DNA of 64,000 nucleotides from Escherichia coli (GTDB lineage Bacteria; Pseudomonadota; Gammaproteobacteria; Enterobacterales; Enterobacteriaceae): NCBI RefSeq assembly GCF_011045215.1, contig NZ_CP049201.1; one strand, 5' to 3'. Shown piece by piece: positions 34,997 to 44,216 of this stretch (position 1 is its first letter; each line of letters starts with the position of its first letter). The notes under the pieces were generated by a model. It saw only the letters and a program-made list of their open reading frames with translations, ran no database searches and was not told where the DNA came from. The position numbers and the translations under genes were made by a program.

Positions 34997-37549
34997 TCAG
35001 AAAGTATACTTCATACCCAGCATGGCTGAGGTGTCGTTATATCCTTTATCACCAATCTGAACTCCCACATTCCCCCACAAATTCAGGTGGGTATTTATCT
35101 GGCCTTCCACACCAGTCTTGATCTCTCCGATATTACGGGCACCGTCCTGATGTACCATTACACCGTTCATGCGGGTACCAAAATCACGGGTGTTGTGTAA
35201 CCAGTTTACTTCCACAAACGGACTGAATTCACGTGATTTACCGTCATCCATTTTGTTGTGTCCTTTAATCCAGGTTTTCACGCCCAGACGGGTACGGACG
35301 TTATTATCTCCGGTACTTTCAACACGGGTACCATTGTTTTCACTGTGTTCATCAGCTTTTACTCCCATCCATACAATCTGAGCCTGAGGCTGGATATACC
35401 ATTCGTTCAGGCTTCCCTGATTGCCGGAAAATTCACCCGCTTTCCAGGTATAACCTGTTTCCAGAGAGGCGGTAAGTCCTTTTGATTTCCAGGATTCACC
35501 CGGCAGGCCGTCTCCTTTCACATAGTTATTGAACCAGCCGTACTGAGCCCAGGTATCCAGATAAGCTCCGTTATGAGTCTCATCATCAGCATACCAGGTG
35601 GCATACAGACCGGTACTGTAACCATTCACGCTACCTTTTGAACGGTATCCGGTGCGTGCTGCATCTGTACTGCTGTGGTCGTTACCGTAACCGGCCATAA
35701 CGCCCAGATGCCAGCGATCGGTTTTACCCCAACCCCATTGTGCGATATCGCCACCCAGTTGAACCACATAACGATTACTTTGAGTTTTCAGCTGACCAGA
35801 AGCGTCGTGCCAGCGGTTATGTCCTCCTTCATGACGCATCCACATACTGGTATTCTTTTGTTCACCGGTAATCACATCTGTATACTGCATTTGTCCCAGA
35901 CGTTCATGAAGACGGGTCACGAACATGGTGTTTGCAGCAACGAGGTTTGCAGTGTATGTGCCAGCCTCCGGACGCAGGTCATTGTTATGGCTGTCCGGAG
36001 CTGGTTCTGGCGTTGGTTGTGGAGCCGGAGTCGGTGAGTTTTTACCACTGGTCAGATACCAGTTACCACTGTTAACTCCTGTACCACGTCCCAGCGTGTA
36101 GTCATAGGCACCGGCAGCAATACGCCCTGTCTGAGTAAATTCACCATCTGACTGCCCGTCGACGTGAATCAGTTCAATACCATTAAGCGTCTGCGCTCCG
36201 GAACCGCCCGCCTTGTTTACGGTAACAAAGGTTTTACCGCTGGTATTGCCCTGAACAATAAGTTTGTCTGTTGCAGAATCATCGCCTGCCAGTACGGTAT
36301 TAAATTCGATATTCCCGTTATTTCCCTGATAATCTCCGGTTACCGTAACGACATTACCCACATTCTTGGTTGCATCAGGTCCGGAAATAACCAGGTTCCC
36401 GTTATCCAGCAGAAGATTTGTCACAGTGGAATCGCCACCGGATATCCAGGAAGCACCATCAGACAGGAGTATGTTAAGAGTACTTCCTGTAGCAACACTG
36501 GTCGTTCCTGACAGGACTGATTTCTGTGATGCATCAACAGTTATTTCTGCATTGCTACCAATATTGGCCAGTATCCCCATATCTGAACGAGCGGTGGAAT
36601 TTATCATGTCAATCTGACCAACAGAGTCTTTGGCCAGGATAGCTGCAGTATTCCCGTGCAGGGAAGAGGCGCCAAGGGTGGCAATCGCTCCGTTTCGACT
36701 ATTTCCCTGATTAGTAAAGTCCAGGGCTGCATATTGTTTTGAAACCAGGGAACTGTCCTGTAAGTCAAGAATTCCTGTATCAGCCATAACGGCAGCATAG
36801 GAATTGCTTCCCTCTGCAAGCACGGTTAAATTCTGGCCTTTCAGCACTCCGCCGACGACCAAACCATCAGCACGTTCTCCACCTGAGGTGGTTATACTGA
36901 CATTATTAAGATCAATTACTGCGTTATTGGAAATGCTGATTCCCCTGGCGTTATTTCCCGTGGTTTTTATATCAGAATCAGAAACGGAGAGATTGCCCTG
37001 TGATGCATTAATACCATGAGAATTTTTTCCGGATGTAATTATCTGACTATCAGAAATGCCAGTATATTTGGATTGTGTACTTTCTGAGGCAATGGCATAA
37101 CTTTTTTCATTCGTTGTGGTAATTGTGGTTTGCTTTAAATGTATGTCACCACCATTGGCAAAAACGCCATTTGAGTTAATACCATCAACAAGAATTTGCG
37201 TACCGTTAACGTTTACTGTACCACCTGCTTCGGCAGATACGGCACGGGAACTAGCACCATGAACGTCAATTGCTCCGTCATTAATATTTACTACACCACC
37301 ATTGGCAGCATTAGTAGCGGATGAGCGGTTTCCGCTTGTAGTGATTGTATGTCCGTTGGTATAAATTGTTGCATTTTGTCCGTTCGCATAAACAGCATTG
37401 CTGTCATTGTCGCTGTTCAGGACGTCATCGGACATGACAACAGACTGATTTTGATTCGCCGTTACTGAAGTAACCGGAGTAGCGGATACCAGCGGACTGA
37501 ATAACAAAGAACTAATGATAACAGAGAGTTGTGATTTTTTAATATTCAT
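34997..37549 (-). CDS. Autotransporter (type Va) adhesin-like protein, 850 aa
   Basis: Signal peptide MNIKKSQLSVIISSLLFSPLVSA; Gly/Asn/Thr/Ser-rich repetitive passenger; C-terminal beta-barrel-like region ending LGMKYTF. Confidence 0.8.
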   Translation of the reverse strand: MNIKKSQLSVIISSLLFSPLVSATPVTSVTANQNQSVVMSDDVLNSDNDSNAVYANGQNATIYTNGHTITTSGNRSSATNAANGGVVNINDGAIDVHGASSRAVSAEAGGTVNVNGTQILVDGINSNGVFANGGDIHLKQTTITTTNEKSYAIASESTQSKYTGISDSQIITSGKNSHGINASQGNLSVSDSDIKTTGNNARGISISNNAVIDLNNVSITTSGGERADGLVVGGVLKGQNLTVLAEGSNSYAAVMADTGILDLQDSSLVSKQYAALDFTNQGNSRNGAIATLGASSLHGNTAAILAKDSVGQIDMINSTARSDMGILANIGSNAEITVDASQKSVLSGTTSVATGSTLNILLSDGASWISGGDSTVTNLLLDNGNLVISGPDATKNVGNVVTVTGDYQGNNGNIEFNTVLAGDDSATDKLIVQGNTSGKTFVTVNKAGGSGAQTLNGIELIHVDGQSDGEFTQTGRIAAGAYDYTLGRGTGVNSGNWYLTSGKNSPTPAPQPTPEPAPDSHNNDLRPEAGTYTANLVAANTMFVTRLHERLGQMQYTDVITGEQKNTSMWMRHEGGHNRWHDASGQLKTQSNRYVVQLGGDIAQWGWGKTDRWHLGVMAGYGNDHSSTDAARTGYRSKGSVNGYSTGLYATWYADDETHNGAYLDTWAQYGWFNNYVKGDGLPGESWKSKGLTASLETGYTWKAGEFSGNQGSLNEWYIQPQAQIVWMGVKADEHSENNGTRVESTGDNNVRTRLGVKTWIKGHNKMDDGKSREFSPFVEVNWLHNTRDFGTRMNGVMVHQDGARNIGEIKTGVEGQINTHLNLWGNVGVQIGDKGYNDTSAMLGMKYTF

Positions 37550-38364
37550 ACAAAATACCAGAATAATATATCATTTATCCAACAGGCTGGTTTGTTCCGT
37601 TTCCGGGAAAATTCCAGGGTAATAATGTTTAGCGATGCTTATTTTTGGGGCTATGTGTCGTTCATGAATTGTATTCCTTTTGATTTACAAGGTGTTTTTG
37701 TGATGTTTACACAGTAGTAATATTAACATAAGAGATAATTAGTAAAGGCGCTAGATATTAGCGGGCATATATCAGTATAGTTTAATATTATGTGTATATA
37801 ATATTTTATACTTTCTTGGCAAAAGAGGTCAATGGTGTTTGATTGATAGCTTTTGCTTATCAAAGTTAAGTTATTGAACGCTGGATTTGCTCCTGTATTT
37901 CCAGACATCTGTTATCACTTAACCTGTTACTGGTCTGCCTCGTTGTCGCAGATATTCCATTCCTGTTGTGAGCGATAACCCAGCGTATGATGCGGATGTC
38001 ATTTGTTATAGTGTCCGGGTACCTTCGCAAGGTTCTTTGTAAACGTTAACCTGCCTAGTTTAGGTATGACATATTTTAGATAGATTATCAAAAATGATCA
38101 ATCGATCGCATTTAATAGCTATGGAAAATCAAAGCGGGTGAATTGATCGTTTGTAGCGATCGTTGTCGGTAAACCCGGTTCATGACCCCCCCCAACTGGT
38201 AAAGCTGGAGATAAAGAGAGAAATACAGAAGATTCTTGAAGATGAATCGGTGAAATCTTAATAAAAGATACTGTATTCGCTGAGTTACTATTTAATATTG
38301 TTTAATAAAACAATCCGGCATGAATGAATACACTGTACAGGATGTCATGCCGGGAGTATAAATT

Positions 38365-38703
38365 TTATGACTTTTCCCTGAAAGTTTTTCGGTAAAGTCC
38401 TGGTGAACACTGAAACTTTTTGTGGAATATTCTGGTGAAGGCTTGCTGGGAGTCAAAACCATACATCAGACAGATTTCATAAATTGGCATATCTGTGGTC
38501 AACAGGGCCTGTGTTGCCAGATTTAACCGACGTTCACGTATATAACGCCCCAGACTTATTCCCTGATGACAGGTAAACATTCGCTGAAAATACCATATCG
38601 AATACCCGGCATGTTTTGCCACATCCTGTATATGTAACGGTTTATCAAGGTTATTCTCTATCCACTGAACAACATCATTCACGACTCTGGCAGAAAGACT
38701 CAT
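38365..38703 (-). CDS. Small AraC/XylS-family activator of the MarA/SoxS/RamA type (112 aa)
   Basis: Two-HTH architecture with VAKHAGYSIWYFQRMF, LGRYIRERRL and YEICLMYGFDSQQAFTRIF, closely paralleling recalled RamA/MarA. Start set at the second ATG (RBS GAGGT). Confidence 0.7.
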   Translation of the reverse strand: MSLSARVVNDVVQWIENNLDKPLHIQDVAKHAGYSIWYFQRMFTCHQGISLGRYIRERRLNLATQALLTTDMPIYEICLMYGFDSQQAFTRIFHKKFQCSPGLYRKTFREKS

Positions 38704-39107
38704 TGTCACTACCTCATGCACACCTTAGAACAGAGAAAAGCAGGTTATTCTGTATGATTAAGCTTTTCCTCAGTAAAGCCCCGGCAAACTGTTACAACAT
38801 CCCAACATTTGTAATGCTGGTTACTCTAATCTCAACATATTATAAAATAATGCACTGAAGTGTATCAATATTTCATTTGAACTGGTTACCTGAAACTCCG
38901 GACATAATCTTTTGAAAGAAAAGAGTTTCACATTTGCTGTAATTGTATTTGAGGGTGAAGATTTTTTTGCGGGACTGGTAAATCTTTTTTGAAGAAGAGT
39001 TGATGATGACAGAATAATTTCCCGACACCGCTAAAGAGTTAATGATGGTGTGCACGGGCTGCAGTGATGCAGAGTGTGTGCACCTTTTTTTCTTTACAGG
39101 GGCCTGT

Positions 39108-40622
39108 ATGTCACTGACACCCACCGATGAACAGTCTGCCATTATCCACTGGCAGGGGCAGAAACTGGTTGTGAACGCCTTTGCCGGCACAGGAAAGACC
39201 AGTACCCTGGTTCAGTATGCACTGGCAAACCCCGACAGCAGAATGCTGTATCTGGCTTACAACCGCGCTGTACGTGATGAGGCAGAGCGTAAATTTCCGT
39301 TTAATGTGGAGTGCAAAACCTCCCACCAACTGGCCTGGTCACGCTTCGGCAGACATTACCAGAATCGCCTGGTTGCCAGCCTGCGTATCACGGATGTGGC
39401 CAGAAAGCTGAACACCCGTCACTGGCTGCTGGTTCGTCTTGCACTCAGCAGCCTGAATCAGTTTCTGTGCAGTGCTGACAAGGAGCCGGGGCTGCAGCAT
39501 TTGCCGGATGAGGACGCCCGGGCTGGCACGGATGTCTCCTCCATCCTGCAGGCAGTACAGGTGCTCTGGCATGAGATGAGTCGCCCTGATGGCACATTTC
39601 CCGTCACGCATGATACCTACCTGAAGCTGTTCCAGTTGTCATCCCCGGACCTGTCCTGGCGCTGGGACACCATTCTGTTTGATGAGGCACAGGACGCCAA
39701 TCCGGTGACGTCTGCGCTGGTACTCAGTCAGTCCTGCCGGGTAATCCTGGTGGGTGACCGTTACCAGCAGATTTACCGCTTTCGTGGTGCCGATGATGCG
39801 CTATCTCATCCTGTTCTGAACGATGCAGCCCGTCTTTGGCTGACGCAGAGCTTCCGTTTTGGCCCGTCAGTGGCCCGGATGGCGAATCTGCTTTTGCAGC
39901 GTGCCGGTGAGACACGACAGGTGACCGGCAGTGGCGGGGAAGATGAAGTACTGATGAGCCGTACCGGAGCGGATAAACCGGAAGGACACCGGACGGTACT
40001 GAGCCGGACGGTGGCAGGGGTGATATGCACGGCGCTGATGGCCAGTCTGAGCGGCAGGAAGGTGTACTGGGTGGGCGGTATTGAAGGTTACCGGACTGAG
40101 GCACTGGAGGACCTGTACTGGTTTTCTGCCGATATGCCGGAAAAAATGCAGTCTGATGTTCTGCGGCGGGATTACCGCGATTTTGATGAATACTGCCGGA
40201 TAGCCAAATCCACCCGGGATGTGGAGATGAATCAGGCCATTCGCCTGCTGGATATCTGTTTCCCGTTACCGGTGAAACTGAAACTTCTGCGGGAGCATAC
40301 CGTCACGTGTGAGAAGGATGCGGATATTACCGTGTCAACTGCCCACCGCAGTAAGGGACTGGAATGGCCGGTGGTGATACTGGATGAGGATTTTGCGGAT
40401 ATCACCGACCCGCTGATGCCGGAAGATGAACGGAGGGACGAAACTAACCTGTTGTACGTGGCGGTCACCCGTGCCCGTAAAACCCTGGTGCTGAACAGTC
40501 TGATGCGCCAGCTGGCAGAAGAAGCTGGCAGAGATGAACAAAACCAGAAAGCAGCAGAGGCATCCCCGTCAGAAGACGGGGAAAACGATGCCGTATACGG
40601 GCAGGAGGATGAAAATGCTTAA
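39108..40622 (+). CDS. UvrD/Rep-family (superfamily 1) DNA helicase, 504 aa
   Basis: Helicase motifs AFAGTGKTSTL (Walker A), ILFDEAQD and TAHRSKGLEWPVV; 3' end overlaps the start of the next gene. Confidence 0.75.
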   Translation: MSLTPTDEQSAIIHWQGQKLVVNAFAGTGKTSTLVQYALANPDSRMLYLAYNRAVRDEAERKFPFNVECKTSHQLAWSRFGRHYQNRLVASLRITDVARKLNTRHWLLVRLALSSLNQFLCSADKEPGLQHLPDEDARAGTDVSSILQAVQVLWHEMSRPDGTFPVTHDTYLKLFQLSSPDLSWRWDTILFDEAQDANPVTSALVLSQSCRVILVGDRYQQIYRFRGADDALSHPVLNDAARLWLTQSFRFGPSVARMANLLLQRAGETRQVTGSGGEDEVLMSRTGADKPEGHRTVLSRTVAGVICTALMASLSGRKVYWVGGIEGYRTEALEDLYWFSADMPEKMQSDVLRRDYRDFDEYCRIAKSTRDVEMNQAIRLLDICFPLPVKLKLLREHTVTCEKDADITVSTAHRSKGLEWPVVILDEDFADITDPLMPEDERRDETNLLYVAVTRARKTLVLNSLMRQLAEEAGRDEQNQKAAEASPSEDGENDAVYGQEDENA

Positions 40623-42180
40623 TCGCCTGAAAAAACTGTTTCCCGGTAACAGCAATACCAGCAGTACTGAGACAACTGCCCCGGAGGTTGCACACCAGTC
40701 AGAACGTCTGCCTGAAGGTTTTTATATGCCCCGGACTGCGGAGGAACTGACGTCCACACCACACAGGAAACAGTGCCTGAAACAGCTGTGGGAAAACAGC
40801 AGTATGCCATCCGACGTGTATCAGCAGTTCTGTCTGGCGCCGGTACAAAAACTCCTGATGGCGGCGCAGAACGTTCCCGCTGCCAGAGACTCCCGGTGGG
40901 CAGATGCCAACGGTTTTGGCGACCTGACGCTGCAGTTCACCACCTATGCCGTTCGTCTGGCCAGAGGATATATGTTTCCGCCCGGTGCCACACCGGAAGA
41001 GCAGGCCGCACAGTCTGGTGTATGGAATGCCGTGGTGTTCTGGTCGGCACTGTTTTATCACCTGCCACTTCTTGCACACCTTGAGGGTGAACTGGTCAGT
41101 GGAAAGTTATGGCAGCCGGGGATGTCATCACCGGATGAGGCATTTCGTTTTCGTTACAGACAGCAACGTCTGCAGGACACAGAGGCACAGCAACTGGCAG
41201 CGGTGATGGCCGGGCAGTTGTTACCTGAGGGAGCGACTGCTTGGCTGGCCACTGTACCGGGGGCATTACAGAATCTGGCGGGAGCGGTCTGGAATCAGCA
41301 TCCGGAGATGGCATTGATTCGTTCAGTCCTGAAAACAGCGGCAGAAGAGGTGGAGAGTCCGCTTCTCGCGTTGCCAGTAACGGAACCCGTAACGGCACCT
41401 TTGCCTTCAGAAACCACTGTGCAGTCTGAAGGCAATGTGCCATCTGAGAGCCAGCCAGAAACATCAACAGAGGCCATTGCGCCGGAAATGCCGGCGGTCG
41501 TCACGGAGGTGGGCGAATTTACGCTGCAGCCATCTGTTTCAGGAACCGGTGAGGCAGAAGCAGTAGCCCCGGATACGTTGCAGTCTGCAACAGACACGGA
41601 GAAAAAGTCACCTGAGGAGCAGAGCCTCCATGATGATACCGATATATTGCTGAGTCTGTTTTCTGCTGCAGATGACCATGCTGCAGTAGTGACAGCGGAT
41701 GGAGAATGCTTACAGGAAACGCAGATGCTGATTGATAATGATCATTCTCAAAGAAAACATGAGGATGCCTCTATCACATTGATTTCCGGAAGCTCTGCTC
41801 CGGAAGCTGTTATTTCAGAAGGAGAGATGTTTATAAACTGGTTAAAAAAAGGAGTGAGAAACGGGGAAATTAGCCTGAACGGAAAAAAAGATAAAATTCA
41901 TATTGTTGCCGGCTTTGTTTTTTTACCAGTACCGGGAATTTTTTATGAGTTTACGAAAGCAGCAGGCATCCCTGCAGACAAAAAAGATGATATTCAGGCA
42001 TCGTTTGAACGCCTGAGCATTCATAAGCGGCGGGATAACCGACGCTTTTATTTTGCACATTTGTGTGAAGAGCCTGAAAACAGAAGTCGTTTTAAAACGC
42101 TAAAAGGTTATCTGGTAAAAGGCAGGCAGCTCCTGGATGGACAGGAACTACAGGACAGCCGTTATCTCTTTTTTCCATGA
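40615..42180 (+). CDS. Relaxase-like protein (MobH/TraI-type resemblance, tentative), 521 aa
   Basis: RBS CAGGAGG before ATG 40615; overlaps the helicase gene. N-terminal LAPVQKL..AQNVPAA.DSRWADANGFGDLTLQ and C-terminal IHIVAGFVFLPVPGIFYEF resemble recalled ICE relaxase regions; acidic low-complexity linker. Confidence 0.5.
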   Translation: MLNRLKKLFPGNSNTSSTETTAPEVAHQSERLPEGFYMPRTAEELTSTPHRKQCLKQLWENSSMPSDVYQQFCLAPVQKLLMAAQNVPAARDSRWADANGFGDLTLQFTTYAVRLARGYMFPPGATPEEQAAQSGVWNAVVFWSALFYHLPLLAHLEGELVSGKLWQPGMSSPDEAFRFRYRQQRLQDTEAQQLAAVMAGQLLPEGATAWLATVPGALQNLAGAVWNQHPEMALIRSVLKTAAEEVESPLLALPVTEPVTAPLPSETTVQSEGNVPSESQPETSTEAIAPEMPAVVTEVGEFTLQPSVSGTGEAEAVAPDTLQSATDTEKKSPEEQSLHDDTDILLSLFSAADDHAAVVTADGECLQETQMLIDNDHSQRKHEDASITLISGSSAPEAVISEGEMFINWLKKGVRNGEISLNGKKDKIHIVAGFVFLPVPGIFYEFTKAAGIPADKKDDIQASFERLSIHKRRDNRRFYFAHLCEEPENRSRFKTLKGYLVKGRQLLDGQELQDSRYLFFP

Positions 42181-42237
42181 AATGCGTTCCGGAGGTGAGC
42201 CTTGTTGTTGAACGGATATATTTAAAGGTAAAGAAAT

Positions 42238-43230
42238 ATGAAAACTCACGATGTTGACAGCCTCTGGGATAATCTGATGGATGAGTATTTTTTTTGTAAG
42301 TCGTTACGGAGAGCCACGGAGTGGAGTTATCGCAAGGTGTTGTCGGGGTTCCGGAAGTTTGTTGGTTTTCACCGGACTCCTGACAGCATTGTTCGTCGTG
42401 ATGTTCAGGAATGGCGTCGTTTTGTGCTGAAAGATCAGGGGTTAACTTCCCATACCTGGAATAACAAGGTGAGGCATATGCGTGCGATTTATAACTTTGG
42501 AGAAGAATCTGGGTTGATCACTGTTTCAGAAAATCCTTTTAGTGGCATGCTGGTTAAGCAGGAAAAAAGACGGAAGAAAACGCTGACAAAAGCACAGATC
42601 TCGCGGATTGTGCTTATTCTGCAACAATTTTCGGAAGCAGAAAATCAGTACACCGGACTTTATATCAAATGTGCCATAAGGCCAGCGTGGTTCTGGCTGA
42701 CGGTGGTGAATACCCTGCGTTACACCGGTATGCGTCTGAATCAGTTGCTGCATTTACGCCTAAAGGATGTTTGTCCGGCAGAAAAATGGATCGATTTACG
42801 GGCTGAAGGTAGTAAAACTCACAGAGAATGGCGTATTCCGGTTGCGCGTCAGTTACAGCCACAACTGCAGAAACTACTGGATGAAGCCGTCAGACGGGGA
42901 GCCACACCGGAAGACTATCTTTTCCACTACAAGCGTTTTGTTGTGCCGGTGTCAGAAGCAAAACGTATAACGGGTTTGCCGGATGAGCAGCCTGTGAAAT
43001 CGTTTTTCCGCAGATTATCTCAGGAGTGTGGTTTTCAGGTGTCTCCACATCGTTTCAGACATACACTGGCGAGTATACTGATGAGCACTCCGGAGCGTAA
43101 TCTTCACCTGGTGAAAAACATGCTCGGACACCAGAACGTATCAACCACAATGGGATATGTGGAGATGAATCTGGAGATTGCCGCACAGGCACTGGAGCAT
43201 GAACTGGAGGTGTTCACTGACAGGCTGTAA
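42238..43230 (+). CDS. int: Tyrosine integrase (phage-integrase family), 330 aa, adjacent to tRNA-Phe
   Basis: C-terminal catalytic-like motifs HRFRHTLAS (H-x-x-R), LGHQNVSTTMGYV (His and candidate Tyr); lies 193 bp from the tRNA 3' end. Confidence 0.85.
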   Translation: MKTHDVDSLWDNLMDEYFFCKSLRRATEWSYRKVLSGFRKFVGFHRTPDSIVRRDVQEWRRFVLKDQGLTSHTWNNKVRHMRAIYNFGEESGLITVSENPFSGMLVKQEKRRKKTLTKAQISRIVLILQQFSEAENQYTGLYIKCAIRPAWFWLTVVNTLRYTGMRLNQLLHLRLKDVCPAEKWIDLRAEGSKTHREWRIPVARQLQPQLQKLLDEAVRRGATPEDYLFHYKRFVVPVSEAKRITGLPDEQPVKSFFRRLSQECGFQVSPHRFRHTLASILMSTPERNLHLVKNMLGHQNVSTTMGYVEMNLEIAAQALEHELEVFTDRL

Positions 43231-43285
43231 TCGCAGACAGATTGACAATCCACTGAAGGGTTGTAATCATATATAGTGATCGAGA

Positions 43286-43316
43286 AAAGGGAGCATGCGG
43301 CAAACATGCTCCCTTT
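43286..43316 (+). terminator. Strong hairpin after the integrase gene (12-bp stem AAAGGGAGCATG / CATGCTCCCTTT, loop CGGCAAA)
   Basis: Seen directly, 56 bp after the int stop. Confidence 0.55.
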
Positions 43317-43422
43317 CGAGAAGAAAAATCATGATGTACATGAACCAGACTCACGACATCTGACACCTTCCCGATGACACCCGTCAGGTTTCTCACTCCT
43401 GACCAGTGGCTTTGATGTAAGG

Positions 43423-43498
43423 TGGTGCCCGGACTCGGAATCGAACCAAGGACACGGGGATTTTCAATCCCCTGCTCTACCGACTGAGCTATCCGGGC
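43423..43498 (-). tRNA. pheU: tRNA-Phe (anticodon GAA)
   Basis: The reverse complement reads GCCCGGATAGCTCAGTCGGTAGAGCAGGGGATTGAAAATCCCCGTGTCCTTGGTTCGATTCCGAGTCCGGGCACCA, the canonical E. coli tRNA-Phe; pheU is inferred from the yjdC/dsbD context. Confidence 0.95.
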
Positions 43499-43604
43499 AA
43501 CGGGGCGCATTAAACCGTAATCTGCACATCTCGTCAACCTAATTTCAGTAAAAGCGATTCAACTGCTTAAGATTGCGGCAAATCGCTTCTTTTCTGTGTT
43601 TCTG

Positions 43605-44204
43605 TCAGGTCAATGCGCCACCCTGGCGGCAGCGGGCGAAGCGCAGGATATCTTCCGCCAGCCGATGTGCAGTGTCGACATCCGCCTGGCTACGATTCAC
43701 CAGCATCCGGCTCAGGCATCCTTCCAGCACCAGTTCCATCTGCTTTGCTACCATCGCCGGATCGTCAACTTCCAGCGTGGTTAACAGTTCGTGGGTGAAA
43801 TCGTAGGCCGCGCTTTTTTGCTGATCGGCCAGTTGATGAATAGGGTGGCCAGGATCGGGATAAAACGTACAGGCAGCGATAAATAGACAGCCCGGATAGC
43901 GGTTGTTTTTAACGCACTCCGATAACGCCTGATAACGTGCCAGCAGCTTTTGTTCGGCGGTTTGCGTTTCGTCCAGCATCAGCTGACGACGCCAGACATC
44001 TATCTGTTGGCTAAGATAACGCAGCGCATCGTAGAGGATTGCCTCTTTGTCTGGCCAGAAGCGGCGCAGCTCGTCCAGTGGATAATCCACACGTTCAGCA
44101 ACCATCTCCAGCGTGGTGTTGGCAATCCCTTGTAATTCTAATAATTTCAGGGCTTCTCCCAGTACATCTTCACGTTGCACGCTATTTTCCTCCGTCTTTC
44201 CCAC
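43605..44204 (-). CDS. yjdC: TetR-family transcriptional regulator YjdC
   Basis: ORF with N-terminal TetR HTH; matches recalled K-12 YjdC. The true start is probably the internal Met ([11 protein letters not shown]) near 44177. Confidence 0.8.
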
Positions 44205-44216
44205 TGCAAGTGTCGT

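Larger units (their letters stand above)
1..43422. mobile_element. Partial integrative conjugative element / genomic island inserted at the 3' end of tRNA-Phe (left boundary outside window)
   Basis: Contiguous T4SS gene block, relaxase-like gene, UvrD-like helicase and tyrosine integrase ending 193 bp from the tRNA-Phe 3' end; composition is mosaic and differs from flanking chromosome; gene order resembles PFGI-1/ICEclc/pKLC102-type ICEs (recalled, not searched). Confidence 0.8.

Noticed and set aside
35675-36511. Plus-strand ORFs (120 aa and 115 aa) inside the autotransporter locus
   Set aside because: Antisense to the 850-aa autotransporter gene, which has a signal peptide and beta-barrel C-terminus; no independent support.
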